Source: Geosiphon pyriformis uo1 (Eukaryota > Fungi > Glomeromycota). From it: a stretch of 64,000 nucleotides of DNA. The notes beneath the pieces are model-generated. The model was not told the origin of the DNA, searched no databases, and saw only the letters and a list, made by a program, of their open reading frames with translations. This document shows positions 23,132 to 37,071 of this stretch, in pieces (within the stretch, counting starts at the first letter, position 1; the number at the start of each line of letters is the position of its first letter). The translations under genes were made by a program, and so were the position numbers. Location of the stretch: assembly GCA_016748015.1 (NCBI GenBank), contig JAAOMT010000439.1, forward strand, positions 62,001 to 126,000, read 5' to 3'.

Positions 23132-26100
23132 CTACACATCTATAATTACCCGCACACTGCCACCCAGACCAGAAAAGAAACAAAAAGGCTTTCGACGACC
23201 AAAGCTAACAGCAAAGGAATTGGCCAAACCAAGCAATCTTACAATACCGTCAGACAAAACTGAAGACACACCACAAGGGAGCCCAGAAACAACACTAACA
23301 TCACAGACCAAACCAGCCTTCTCCATCACCACCTGGTGGCTGGCTCTAGCCAACTATACCTTAGCACGATGTAAACCAACAACGAACCTGACATAATCAA
23401 CAATCCTAGCAGTGGCCACCTTTCTATCCTCAAAAACATCGCAAGCCTCCTCATACCACTCCTCCAGCACAAACCCTTTGCACACCAAAGTGTACAGCCC
23501 AACATCAATGGAACATTGAGACAAAACCCACAACACAGCAGAAGCAGAGGAACCACCAGACAAAGCTGACCAATGAGCAAAAGCCTCTGCCAAAATCTCA
23601 CCATGAATGCCAGACTCATGAACACAAGTAAAAACGTGGTCAGAGAACTCCACCTCACCGCAAAGCAAACACAACACACTAGGGTAGCATTTATTATACA
23701 ACCTCTTCTTAATGGCCACTGGCAACCTCCTGTGCACAGCCTTCATAACATAAGTGCGAAGCGATGAGGATGTGCGGCTAGTGAAACCAGCAAGCATATG
23801 AAAATCAGGATGCCACACCTTTGCCATGACAACCCAGTCTATGCAACCAATCATCGCATCCGGAACTACATCACAACCAGGCCCAGCTTCCCAATGAGCA
23901 CAACGAATTGATCGAAAAATATTTCTGACAAAATGACGGGCATTACCAGAAACAGCGACACCCTCAGCAACCAAAAAATGTTCACGCACATTGGCACAAA
24001 GAGAAAAGGGAGACCCAGAGGCAGCCCCAGCAGCCAAGTCAGCTCTCACATTACCAGGAATCCCAGAGTGTCTTTTTACCTTAACCCAACTCACACTAAG
24101 ATCCTTATCCCTGACCAAATTGAAAATATGACGCCTTTCCAGCCAGCATTGATTACGAAAATCAGGAACAACCAAAGACATCTCAGACACACATGCGTCA
24201 ATGGCAGCCTGGCTGTCAAGACGCAACACCACAGTACTTGAAGAAGGAACACACTCCAAAGCCAAAGCAACAGCCTGTAACTCGGCCATAGTAGATGACA
24301 AAAGACCACGAACAGTGACACCAATACTCATATCCAAGACCGGAAAGTATGCAGCAGCACCACAGGTGACCTCAGCAGAGCCTGTATTTCTCAAAGACCC
24401 ATCCGTGAAAACTTCAAAAGAGTCTGACCAAATGTCATGCAATCCATCTTTAACCACAGAAAATTCTCCAGACCCCAAAATGTCCAAACCAAGCTTCTCT
24501 GCTGAGCCAACAGAACCAGAAAATGAGTAACCCTGACCTTTCAAAAACTCAGAAAAAACCATGAACCAGTGAGGCACAGGGCCACGCGGATCCAACCTCT
24601 TCCAATGACGAAAAGTTTTCCAATCCAACAAAACACCTTTCTTATCAAAAAGCTGATCACCAAAAGCGACACCAAAACACTTAAGAGATTTGACCGAATC
24701 AAAATACAGAGACTTTCCAAGAACAGAGGACAACGGGAACCGACCAGGACTACGAAATGCAGCGGGGAGGTTGTTCACCAAAGTAAGCTCATTGCCCAAA
24801 AAGATCTTCACCATCCCAGCCAAAAAATTGTTCACTGGACTAACACACAACCTGACTAGAAACTGCAAAGGATCCAAAAGAGCCCAACCAAGAACCTGTA
24901 GGTCCAAAAATCTATGTCTAAACAAACGCCCAAGAATGCCAAAAGCATTAGAGAACACCATCAAAGCAGCAATCTTCCCTTCAGACTGCATCTGCTCAAA
25001 AGGCTTTAGGCCATACAATGAGGGATGATGCAAAGCAGCGTCAGGAAAATCACGGGGGAGACAAGCTTTGGACCTAAGACTCTTTCTAACCAAGATATCC
25101 CACTTGCAACAAACATTAGATGAGACAAAACTGAACTGAATACGATAGCTAACAATAGACTGCAAAACAGCTGACACCAGATACGAGAATTGTTTGTCCA
25201 TAATAGTCTTCCTAAGCACAACATTGATGAAGAAACGTACATCTGCATGAGCCTTGGCAACACTCGGCTTGGAGAGCCCTTCAGTCGACAGAAAAATACC
25301 CAGATACCAATGTGCTTCCCCTTTCTTGGCAATAAAGATTGGCTGACCACAAATGTTCAGTGAAGCAACTTTAACGCCCTGATTGATGGGAATAGCCACC
25401 ATCTTCTCATTATTGATAGAAATGTCATTGATCACAAAAAATTCACTGGCAATGTTCAGAGCATATTGAGTAGAAGCCTGACAATTTCCAACCCAGATCG
25501 TATCATCGACAAACGCACCAGCCGAAAAATACGATGTCAAACCACTACTGCCCTCAATCCTGCCAGATTTCAAAACAAATTTAGTATCAATCCGGTACCT
25601 ACACAATTGTTTGTGCCTTTTAATCTCACACAAAAGCAGATCGTAAAAAATCCTCCAAAGAAGTGGTGAAAAGACCTCACCCTGGTCCAGCCCATCATGC
25701 ACCTTATAACCACCAGACAAACCAAAGTCAGTCATCACCCTATTAACTCTATCCTCATGAATACCACCAAAAAACCTTATGAACCCCTCACACATCTTAA
25801 CACGCTGCAAACTAGCTCTTAAATGATGCCACCCAACTGAATCGTAAGCTTTCCGCATATCTTGCAAGACCAACCATAACTCCCTATCCTTCTCAATGGC
25901 ATCCTCAATTACTGAACCGACAGCAAACACCGGAGATTGTGTTGACGTACCCTTCAGCACCGAAAAGTTGTCACCCTAAAGAACATTGAACTTGCTACAA
26001 GCCATTGAAATACGGTCAGACAGAATCTTGGAAAGAATTTTCCTGGCAGTCTCAATCAAAGCAATGGGCCGAGTGTTCGTAAGAACTCCATCCCAGTCAT

Positions 26101-27817
26101 AAGGCTTAGGAATCATAGACACCCAAGCCCTCTTTCACAAAACAGGCACCACACCATCTGACAAACATTTATTAAACAGCGTCAGCAGGCACCCCAAAAC
26201 TACCTCACCACCATGTTTCCATAATTCATTAGGAACACCAGACAAACCAGCAGTCTTGCCATCAGGAAGACCACCAACAACAGAAAGTAACTCGCCCATA
26301 CTGATTGCACTCATAACACCTAAAAAAGCATCATCCCTAACATAGTCCAAAGGCGCGTACTGACGAGCCCAAAGATCAGAAAGCACTGACTGTACAGAGC
26401 GTTTCCTCATCCACCCCTCCATTATTCCATTTACACTGGACTTCACCTCTTCAGGCAACAAAACCAGATTATCATCAACTATCAAGTGATCTAACACAAC
26501 CTTGTGAAAAGGCTTTTCCAACACACTCCTGATCATACTACCCTTATCCGAACAGAAATTATTCATGCACTTCTCAATCGCCTTCCTAACCGAAGCTTCC
26601 TCAGCCAACTTTGACTCAAACATTTTCGATCTCCTGTAATCTCTACGAACCAATGACAAATGCCTAACAACAACATCAGATTTAACACCCGAGCCAACCA
26701 AATCCTTGAAAGCACGAGCCTTCACGTCATCCAGAGTCGACCATTTACTCACAAGACAATCAGTGCCCAGCAAGTCACCAAAGCAAAATTTCTTGACAAT
26801 CTTGGCCACCAACAATTCCAGACCAAAAAACCTAGAAGAATGTTTGTTTCTCGAACACTTGAATTCACTAAACCAATGCCTCGAAAATGTCACATCAGCA
26901 GAATCTACCACAGCTCTCACCAGAACTGCCCACATAGCATCCACATTACCACGTATTTCGGCACTAGAGAACACCTTACCCAAAGACAAAAGTTTAGCTG
27001 ACGAGAGATCCTTAAACTTAGCCCATCCAACACAGTCAGCATTTCTGATTTTGAACTTCCAACGATCCTTATTTGCCTGCTTACACAAACTGTTCAATTG
27101 TACATCTAGAAGCCCACCCAAACCGACTGAAACCACAACTGCCTTGTGATTAGTGTCAAAGAAATCCGAAACAGAGACAACTTGATGACCAGCAACAGCA
27201 GAAGACAAATTACCACCAACAAAAATGTAATCAATTGTTTTCCCAACCCCTCTCGAATTGCTCCACGTATAAGAATTAGCCAAATGATGACCAACAAATG
27301 AATTGACCAAACCCAAACTCAAACAAAACTTGAAACTAGCACTTCTACCAGATCCATTCTCATTAAGGTCCCCACCCAAGACAACAAAATTACTGGAATT
27401 GACCGCCTTTGCAATAAGGGTGTTAACTTCAAAAGCCTGACCAAATCTAGCCCCAGAAGAGGCACCAGCATACAACCCCAAAACAGTAACTGAGAGCTTG
27501 TCCTTAAACAGGAGCCGAACAGAAATAACCCGACCAGAAATCTCCTCCACCTTAGATACATGATGGGCCAAAGAAGTGTTCATAACAATTGCAACCCCAG
27601 CACCCATGAAACCTTTATCCAAGCCAGAAGAAAATACTCGCATTCCATCAAACTTATCCTTTATCTACGGCCCAGAAGAGGACCTCAACTTAGTCTCAGT
27701 GATAAAAGAAACCATATTTCCCGAGTTCACATGCCAACAAACAACATCCGCTTGTTTCGCAGGAACATTGATACCCCGAACATTGCACGTAGCAAATTTC
27801 CAAACCAAACTACTCAT
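23132..27817 (-). pseudogene. LINE ORF2p (~1,560 codons), one frame with four in-frame stops
   Basis: APE: KFATCNVRG, ITETKL, LGGDLN, IDYIFV, DTNHKAV. RT: QDMRKAYDSV, GLDQGEVFSPLLW, FVDD. RNase H: FTDGS...AELQAV...LDSQAA...GNVRADLAA. C-terminal CLLC..DHVFTC. Stops at 27665, 26135, 25976 and 23354. Confidence 0.92.
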
Positions 27818-29775
27818 TGAGATAGAGGAAAAGCCAACGAACCCGATCCAGAATGCAGATGATCCAATCTATCCAAGACCGAATGAACTGAAGCCTCAAG
27901 AGCCATCATATTCAATTCCAAACCGCCAATCTTGGCAGTTAAAACCTTAGAACTGCTTGGACTGAAATCAACAACCGACCCACCAACATTGGGAGAAGAA
28001 GAGGCAGACAACAACAACGTGCCATCTAACTCCAAACCCAGGTCCATATCTGAAACAACAGCAGTTGGAGACACCAAAGGAAGAGCTAAGGGAGAAGACG
28101 CCAATAGCACCAAGTCAACAAAACTTAACTTCTTTAAAATGAGTGAGACTTGGTCTGAGAGAATTTCCACGAAGCGTTCCAGCACAGCTAGGTGACCACC
28201 TAGATCAGCAGCACTAGACAAGGAGGAATCCATTGAGAAAGCCATCGAACCAGAGACCAAACTGACACCAGGAGCACCTGAAGAGACAACGTGAAAGGGG
28301 GAACTGCCTGCCACTTGGGCCCACGTCTTCCCACCAAAAGAAACTGGACGAGCGACAGGAGCCGACTTCTTCTTATATATCCCAGCTAGACGAACCCGAT
28401 CTTGCTCAGAAACCACCCTTCTTCTTCGAACACCAGAATACATACCCAAGGAACAATTGACCGAAACATGACCAAATTGTTTACAACGAGCACAACTGGC
28501 CAAAGAAAGACCAGCCCAACGCAAACTCACATTCCTGAAAACTGGAACGGTACCAATAGCAGCCAATTTGGATGCCTCATCACCAAAACAAATTACAGCA
28601 CATCTATCACAAACATATGAACTAGGGTTACGGCCGATATAACAAGTCTTCCCACCATATGATTCCAACAAATTGGAGAGGTCATGAGCATTAGTGCCAA
28701 TTGGAAGAGTATAAAGTAAAGCCTGATGCTGATCCCTCAATACCCATGTTTGTTTATCAATATTTGCTTTTGCCACTCGGACCGAATCCTTTCCCATGAG
28801 CACAGACCATCTAGCTGCGACCAAATCAGCCATCTCAGAAGATTCATATTCTACCAGGGCCTTTTGCCAAAGACCAATAAGCTGCACTTTGATTGAAACA
28901 ATCTTGCCAAACCTGGAGAACACTGCCTCAATTGCCGATTTGGAAAGATCCATTGGGATATCTTTGATGATCACCTTCCGATCTAAATGGCTGTTTACTT
29001 TTCTTAGATCATCATTTACCAATATTTTTTCACTGATTGCCATTTCCCTCGCCTTAAACAAACTTTTTTCAGATGTAAATGATGATCTTATTATTCCAGG
29101 AAATTTTGAGGGAGTCGAAGCCCTCCCAAAACCATCAACCTGATAAAAAATTTTTTTCACACAAACCAACTTATCACCAGTAGTTTTGCCAGGAACGGCA
29201 GATAGCTCAATATCCAATGCAAACAATTTTGACGAAATAAAACTCCATTTCTCCGGAGCACGTGACCCGGCTGAAGGAAGGCGATTGGACCCACAAAATT
29301 TTGAACTCGGAAGAGGCAGAGTGTCTTCACCATCACTTAGCACGTTGAAAGAGAGAGGTGGCGGCTTACTGTTCAGAACATAGGTGTGAGTACGTGTCTT
29401 CTTAGGCATGGCATCATTCATGTCGTCGTCCAAACCTGAAGCATCTGACTCTGTATAGCTAGTTTCCTCAGCGACAATGTTTTCCAAGTTATCCAAGTCT
29501 GAAATGCCACTTATGCTGTTCACTTCACTGTTGACCTCGCTAGCCCACGATCGCCCAATATTAGGTCCGTCACCACTTTCATCCATAATGTTCGAAACAC
29601 CAGCAGACGACTCCACCAAACCGTCAACTGCCACAGATTTCTTTGGCTTCTTATAGGACACACCGCGAGATTGAGGACCAACCGAATGCTTATTTTTGAC
29701 ACCAGACTGGGTCCCCAACCCAGCCGAAATGGATCCAGAACCACTAGCAGCAATGCCCACCGGTTCCATAGCCAC
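27814..29775 (-). CDS. LINE ORF1p (RRM-like region plus CCHC zinc knuckle), intact 653 aa
   Basis: KVIIKDIPMDLSKSAIEAVFSRFGKIVSIKV (RRM-like) and CARCKQFGHVSVNC. Confidence 0.88.
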   Translation of the reverse strand: MAMEPVGIAASGSGSISAGLGTQSGVKNKHSVGPQSRGVSYKKPKKSVAVDGLVESSAGVSNIMDESGDGPNIGRSWASEVNSEVNSISGISDLDNLENIVAEETSYTESDASGLDDDMNDAMPKKTRTHTYVLNSKPPPLSFNVLSDGEDTLPLPSSKFCGSNRLPSAGSRAPEKWSFISSKLFALDIELSAVPGKTTGDKLVCVKKIFYQVDGFGRASTPSKFPGIIRSSFTSEKSLFKAREMAISEKILVNDDLRKVNSHLDRKVIIKDIPMDLSKSAIEAVFSRFGKIVSIKVQLIGLWQKALVEYESSEMADLVAARWSVLMGKDSVRVAKANIDKQTWVLRDQHQALLYTLPIGTNAHDLSNLLESYGGKTCYIGRNPSSYVCDRCAVICFGDEASKLAAIGTVPVFRNVSLRWAGLSLASCARCKQFGHVSVNCSLGMYSGVRRRRVVSEQDRVRLAGIYKKKSAPVARPVSFGGKTWAQVAGSSPFHVVSSGAPGVSLVSGSMAFSMDSSLSSAADLGGHLAVLERFVEILSDQVSLILKKLSFVDLVLLASSPLALPLVSPTAVVSDMDLGLELDGTLLLSASSSPNVGGSVVDFSPSSSKVLTAKIGGLELNMMALEASVHSVLDRLDHLHSGSGSLAFPLSQ

Positions 29776-29895
29776 AAAAAGGGGAATGTCTAAAGAAATA
29801 ACTGGAGAGAAGTGAAAGGGAAAGGGAAAAGGAAGGCTATTTCAATAACGACTCAAAGCTCTCGTTGTGACCAGGGGATCAACGAAAGATAGAAT

Positions 29896-30289
29896 TGTTG
29901 TTTTTATTTTATTTATTTTTTAAAATTAATAATTTTTTAAAAAAACAATTTAATTTTTAAATTAAGTAATATTATAATATAATTAAAAAAAATTATATGT
30001 TAAAATATAATTTAGTTAATTTTATAATTAATAATATTTAATTAAAATTTTATTATTAAATAATATAAGTAAATATTAATTTAAAACAGATTTAATAAAT
30101 ATATTATTGTTGTTATTACCTAAAATTAAAAAATTATTGTTTATAATCCAAAAAAACTGAATATTATAATTAATATTAATAATATAAAACTAGTAAAAAA
30201 ATTAAAAATATAAAAAAACTAAAGTTTAATTTTTAAAAAAATTTTTTTTTTAATATTTAAAAAAGTTTAATATCATACTACTATTTAAA
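29896..30289. other. Ultra-AT-rich block running into the assembly gap 30290-30954
   Basis: Nearly pure A/T. Confidence 0.85.
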
Positions 30290-31278
30290 NNNNNNNNNNN
30301 NNNNNNNNNNNNNNNNNNNNNNNNNNNNNNNNNNNNNNNNNNNNNNNNNNNNNNNNNNNNNNNNNNNNNNNNNNNNNNNNNNNNNNNNNNNNNNNNNNNN
30401 NNNNNNNNNNNNNNNNNNNNNNNNNNNNNNNNNNNNNNNNNNNNNNNNNNNNNNNNNNNNNNNNNNNNNNNNNNNNNNNNNNNNNNNNNNNNNNNNNNNN
30501 NNNNNNNNNNNNNNNNNNNNNNNNNNNNNNNNNNNNNNNNNNNNNNNNNNNNNNNNNNNNNNNNNNNNNNNNNNNNNNNNNNNNNNNNNNNNNNNNNNNN
30601 NNNNNNNNNNNNNNNNNNNNNNNNNNNNNNNNNNNNNNNNNNNNNNNNNNNNNNNNNNNNNNNNNNNNNNNNNNNNNNNNNNNNNNNNNNNNNNNNNNNN
30701 NNNNNNNNNNNNNNNNNNNNNNNNNNNNNNNNNNNNNNNNNNNNNNNNNNNNNNNNNNNNNNNNNNNNNNNNNNNNNNNNNNNNNNNNNNNNNNNNNNNN
30801 NNNNNNNNNNNNNNNNNNNNNNNNNNNNNNNNNNNNNNNNNNNNNNNNNNNNNNNNNNNNNNNNNNNNNNNNNNNNNNNNNNNNNNNNNNNNNNNNNNNN
30901 NNNNNNNNNNNNNNNNNNNNNNNNNNNNNNNNNNNNNNNNNNNNNNNNNNNNNNATGGAATCATTACCTTTGGCCAGTTGATCGTTGAAAAAAAAGTCTT
31001 TTTCCATTTGTGTCCCTATTTTTGTGTAATCCGTAGCAAAAAAGGCCACTCTTTTTTTCCAACGCGAAATCAACCTCTTTGGGCTCTGTCAACTGAAGAG
31101 ATCTATAGATTCATTTGTGTGGGACTTATATCAACTCTGTTTCTTGATACTCCTTAAAAAAAGTCCGCACCCTGGTTTCCTTTTCTTTAGTTTTTAGTTG
31201 CACTCACTGCAGTTTTTTCGAAAATCGAAATTCAAGAAAAATTTCTTTGAATTCACTTTTTTAGCACAAAACGACAGA

Positions 31279-34200
31279 ATGAGCATTGGGGAACTTCTTG
31301 CAAACACTTTATCACCCGGTTAGTGCTTTGTACCTAATATACTTTGATTTAAGCTTTCAATCCTTTTTTTGAACTCGTTGATCAATAAGAAGCTAACAAA
31401 TGAACTTTTACGTTCTCAACTTGATGATTTGCGTGCTGTTTTTTCATTTAATAGATCAACAAATTCGGGCTGACGCAGAAAAGCAATTAGACGCGGCCGC
31501 CGCTAGTGATTATGTAAGCTTTTAGAGCTAATATTATCTTCGGTTTCTATACTTGCTGCCAACGCGTCAATTTTATTTTTTATCACTTTCGACTAATCCA
31601 AATCTACTCGGTATTAGGCTACCTACGCGGTTCTATTATCTCAGGAACTTAGTAATGAACAAACTCAATCATTTATTCGAAACGCCGCTGGCCTGGCTTT
31701 GAAAAACTCATTAAGCTCAAATGTATTGATCATTCATATTATTGATTTACACATCAAATACGCAGTGCCCTCTTTCAATTAAGATTTTACGATATCTTTA
31801 GGAGGGACAAAGAAAGTTAGAAATTTCACAAAGATGGCTAGCTATACCTGAAAACACCAGAGAAAATGTTAAACAAACGGTTAGCACAAATGGTCCTATC
31901 TATTTTATTTTTAAGAATTTCTTTTTACATCAAAGTTACCTTATAATTAGGTTTTTATGACGCTTGGATCTCCGGACTCTAGAGCCTCATCTACAGCTGC
32001 GCAGGCATGCAACAGTATAATATTATATGTATGAATTTATAACACAGTGGATTAAATTTCTTTGTTTCTAACTTTTATCGCGAAGGTTGTTTCTGCGATT
32101 GGGGCTATTGAACTTCCTCAAGGACAATGGCTTGACCTCATGAAAAACTTATTGGATAACGTTACCAACACGGATAATACCCAGCTTAAGCAAGCCACAT
32201 TGACTGCGATTGGTTACGTTTGTGAATCAATTGTAAGTTAAAACACATAATTTACATCCCTAAATTACAGCTGAAAAACTTGATGATTTCACATGAATAT
32301 TTTCTTAGGAACACGAGATTCTCGCCGCGCAATCTGGTTCAATTCTTACTGCTGTTGTCCAGGGGGCTAGAAAAGAAGAACCAAGGTAAGATTCATCAAA
32401 CTTTTTTGATTCATTTCAACATTTTAATTTTATCAATTGGTATATCTTCATCAAAAAAGTCAAGATGTTCGACGTGCAGCAATAACTGCCCTATATAATT
32501 CTTTAGAATTTATAAGGGATAACTTTGACAGAGAGGTAATAATTTTTTCAGAAGCTAATTGGTTTGTCAAATTTCTGGGGAAGATAACCTATTATGATAT
32601 TATTATATATAGGGAGAACGTAATTATATAATGCAGGTTGTATGTGAAGCTACGCAGAGTAGTGATGTAAACGTTCAAGTCGCAGCTTTCGAATGTTTAG
32701 TGCGGATCATGCAAATATATTACGATAAAATGCGATTCTACATGGAAAAGGCATTATTTGGGGTGTGTTTCACACGAAAATATTGTCTCATTTGCAGGGA
32801 TATTCTCATTTCTTCAAACTGGAAGCTGAGATCTTTTAATTTTGCAGTTAACGGTGCTTGGGATGAAGCACGATGATGAACGTGTAGCTCTTCAGGCAGT
32901 AGAATTTTGGTCGACTGTTTGTGAGGAAGAGCTTGACTTGGCACAAGAGGCTTTAGAGGTAAATATCAGATTCAAAAATTAGTCTCAATTTCCATCATTT
33001 GACTATAGTAAAAATTATTTTTTAATCCAACCTTCATCAGGCTGCTGAGACAGGTGATCAACCAGACCGTTTGAGTCATAATTTTGCAAAAGCAGCTCTT
33101 CCCGAAATTTTACCTGTTCTTTTATGGCTTCTCACGAAACAAGTACGTATTTCTATTAACAATTATTGCCGACGACATACATTCCAATTCACTCTCCTCT
33201 CTTGACATAAAGGAGGAAGATGCAGATGAAGATGATTGGAATGTTTCAATGGCTGCTGGAACATGTTTATCTTTATTGGCACAATGCGTCGAAGATGCTG
33301 TTGTTGCCCCGGTCATTCCATTTGTGGAAAATCATATTCGTAGTCAAGAGTGGCGATATCGTGAGGCAGCAGTAATGGCTTTTGGCTCCATCCTAGAAGG
33401 GCCCGAACATAAAATGCTTGGAAATCTAGTAAACCAGGCCTTACCCGTTTTGATCGAGATGATGAAAGATCCTTCACCTCAAGTGAAAGATACCACTGCG
33501 TGGACTTTAGGCCGCGTGTCGGATCTGTTGATAGAATGTATTAAACCGGATGTTCATCTCCACCCCCTTATCGCTTCTCTTGTTTATGGGCTAAAAGATT
33601 CTCCACGAATTGTTTCAAACTGCTGCTGGGTAAGCTTATCATTTGCCACTTTTCCAAATTTAAGCACATTTTATATTTCAGAATATTCTCAAATGTGAAG
33701 CATTCTTCTCTTAGGCTATAATGAGCTTGTCCGATTCTTTTGGTAACAAAGATGGGACAGCATCTACTTATCCCCTTTCTCCCTACTTTGAGGGGATTAT
33801 TACGGAACTTTTAGAAACAACAGAAAGGTAATTTTTCTCTTAACAACAACCATTAAGTTTTACCACAAACTACGGTATCAATCATTATCATTGAGTTGAT
33901 TCTTTGTACTATCATTTTATGATAGAGCTACCAACGAATCTAATTCGCGGACATCAGCGTATGAGTGCATTTCCAGCCTTGTAACCGGGGCCGCCTTGGT
34001 GACTATTATTTTATTTGAATATTATTTTAGGCTGTTTAACGTGTTTCAATTTTGCAATCATTTATTTATTTATTCATTCCCCATCAAGGATTGTTTTGCT
34101 ACTATTCTCAAGTTAACTGTGACGATTCTTGATAGGCTTGATATATCTATTTCTCAGCAGGTAATGACAGGACTGGATAATATTTCTTTTATTAAAATCT

Positions 34201-35658
34201 TAATCGTTTGTACTCTTTTAGAATCAAATTCTAGGGCAAGATGAGCGCATTATCTATGCAGAACTTCAGTCCAACCTCTGCAGTGTTCTAACGGTAAGTA
34301 CTTGATTTAAAACCTTAATGTTTCATTTAAATTCATTTTACCTTCAATTATACACCACATCTATTAGAGCATCATTCGCAAACTCAGGACAGAAGTGGTA
34401 CCATTTGCTGATAGAATAATGACAACGTTATTGTTGTTGTTTAACACCCAATCAAAACATTCGACTACTCTGGAAGATGGTTTCTTGGCTGTTGGGGCAC
34501 TAACAACAGGTTGAGTCAGTCGTTTCATTATCCTATTTATTACTCTTCCTTTTTCTATGATGTTTATTTTAATACATTGAGTGTGATTTTTAGCTCTTGA
34601 GGCTGACTTCACTCGTTATCTCGAAGCTTTTGCTCCATTCCTTTACCACGCCCTTTCAAATCATGAAGAGCACCAACTTTGCAATATTGCTGTCGGACTA
34701 ATTGGTGATATTTGTCGTGCCCTTCAAGACCAATCATTGCCTTATTGCGATACTTTCATGAATGTCTTATTACAAAATCTTCAAGTTCGTAAAATTATTT
34801 ATTAATATACTAAGCTCTGGTTTTGTATTAATTGGTTAATCTCTTATTTTGGCGTTATTTTTATTAGAGCCCTGTCCTCCACCGTGATGTAAAACCAGCA
34901 ATACTTTCATGTTTCGGTGACATAGCTCTTGCTATCAGTGGCAGATTCGACGTTTATCTGGAAGTAGTAATGATGGTATTGGCCCAAGCAAGCAATATGC
35001 GCGCAGCAGATGTAAGTAATATTATTCCCGCATATATTTTGGTTCCATAAAATTCATTATCTCGGCTTTATTACTAGAATAATTACGATATGATTGAGTA
35101 TGTAAATTTCTTACGCGAAGGTATCCTTGAAGCCTATGTGGGTATTGTGCAAGGCTTAAAGACCGGAGAAAAAGGTAAGTGTTCGCTGGCGTGATTTCAT
35201 GAATTACATACTTTCAATCTTCATTTCTTCTGCTTTTTTGTTAGTCGACGCACTTGCTCCTTATGTAAATCAAATATTTACGTTCTTGTCAATGACATAT
35301 AATGACCCCGAAAGAGGCGAGTCACTTATCCGTGGAATGATTGGTCTGCTAGGGTAAGCAACTCGATCAAATTTTGAGTAATATCTCCGGGGTTATGCTA
35401 TCATTAATTCAATATCATCTTTTATAAAGTGATTTAGCGGAAGCTTTCCAAGGAGGTCAAATCAAAACCGCTTTCCATCAAGAATGGGTCTCAGCTGTAT
35501 TAAAGGAAGGCAGGACTAATCGCAACTTGCCCGGCTTAAGAGAAGTCACTCGATGGGCTAAAGAGGTTTGAATATTACATTTTTGATATTTGTAATACAC
35601 ACAAGGCCTGATTTTTTATATATTTTTTCTTTAGATGGTCAAGAGGGCCAGCCAATGA
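31279..35658 (+). CDS. KAP95: Importin subunit beta-1 (karyopherin beta 1), ~23 exons
   Basis: Spliced translation: [25 protein letters not shown]..., [95 protein letters not shown], ending WAKEMVKRASQ*. Confidence 0.96.
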
Positions 35659-37071
35659 AATTCGACGAATCATCATATGAACAATGAACAACTCCCTCAA
35701 TGAATGCTATGTCTATTTGACGAAGCATTTCTCTTTAAACTTCTTGCTTATTATCCTTAGGTCCTTCCTATCTTGAAATTTAATTTTCTAATGTCCCATT
35801 TTATACAGATCCCTTCTGAGGCCTTATTACGTCCCCTTATAAACTTTTTTATCTTCGACCCTTTTTAACCCCCCCCCCTTCCCTCCCCTTCCCCCCCCTT
35901 CCCCTCCCTCAGATACTGGCCCAAATCTTCTCTGCTGTACACACTATCATTTTACATTGACACTTTTCCTACATTCCTATTTTATATTCATAAATCCTTA
36001 TCCCATTAGCCATTTCCTCTCATCCCTTTCTTTGATAATGTTGATCACAGACTATCGATTCACCTTATACACTTCTTTTATTATTGTTTCCCCTTTTTGT
36101 ATTTTCCCCTAGTTGTTGAATCTTCTGCTTTTGAATTTTCCTTAAAATAAACCTTACCCCAATCACAAAAACGCGTTCCTCACCTCTGCGCAATTGCGCG
36201 AAAAATAAAAATTCCCAAGCAGGACCGCAAGATTCTCGCATTTCCCTTGTATACATATTTATGAATTTCGCCAATCATTTTCTCTGTAAATATTTTGTCA
36301 ATATATTATACTATAATTTCTCTCACCGAAGCCAGAGTCGGTTGTTGTACTCTCTTCAACCTTTATCATCAGTATTTTCTAAAGTGCTTTCTCGCTTATA
36401 AAGCGATTCCAAAGCGCTCAAAATCCAATTAGATCATCCCCATTAACTTGATTCTGCATTATTTTGTAGCAACGGAATCATTAACAGGATTAAGAACTAT
36501 GAAATTTTCCAAATAGTAAAATTATTGGGTCGTAGGAGTCATCAAGGTAATCTTTCAATTAAAAGGCGGTGTAAGCCTTGGAAATATTTCAATACTTTTA
36601 CTTTTTGATGCTTTAAGCCATTTATTATGTAGTATTGCATTCTTTAGTATAATTAAATTTGGCGTCACCATATTGAAAGGCTGATCGACATTCCTGACAC
36701 GTGATTACTGGATCTTTGATTTGACTAATAAAATCAAGCCTGAAGATCAACATAAATAGTTTTTGACCCTTTCAAAATTTAAAGAAAATTGGTCCAAAGA
36801 TCCCGTTATTAATCGCTCTTTTCTATATTACATCAGCGTAGTCGAACTTGCGGAGAAAAAGATTATGTCAAATGCCTTGCCTTGAAAATGATCTATTTTA
36901 AATATTATAATTGTCAATTATCATTTTAATCTTAAGGACACTGAGTAATCTTTGCGCATACACCCAACTAATTTTGATAGGGCAAGATTCTGAGAATTCT
37001 CTAGAAATGCTTCGTGGGGAAGTCATCTATTATTGACTAATTTTACACCTAATTAAGATTAATTTTGGGGT

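Larger units (their letters stand above)
22986..29895 (-). mobile_element. Nearly intact non-LTR retrotransposon (LINE) with APE-RT-RNase H-CCHC
   Basis: Two ORFs, a short 5' UTR, a 3' UTR and an A-rich tail; higher GC and CpG than the neighbouring repeats. Ends are approximate. Confidence 0.95.

Noticed and set aside
23076-29383. Numerous + strand ORFs over the LINE
   Set aside because: Antisense shadows of ORF1/ORF2 with no recognisable motifs.
30281-31073. Long ORFs of X residues (also 51343-52273)
   Set aside because: Artefacts of N gaps.
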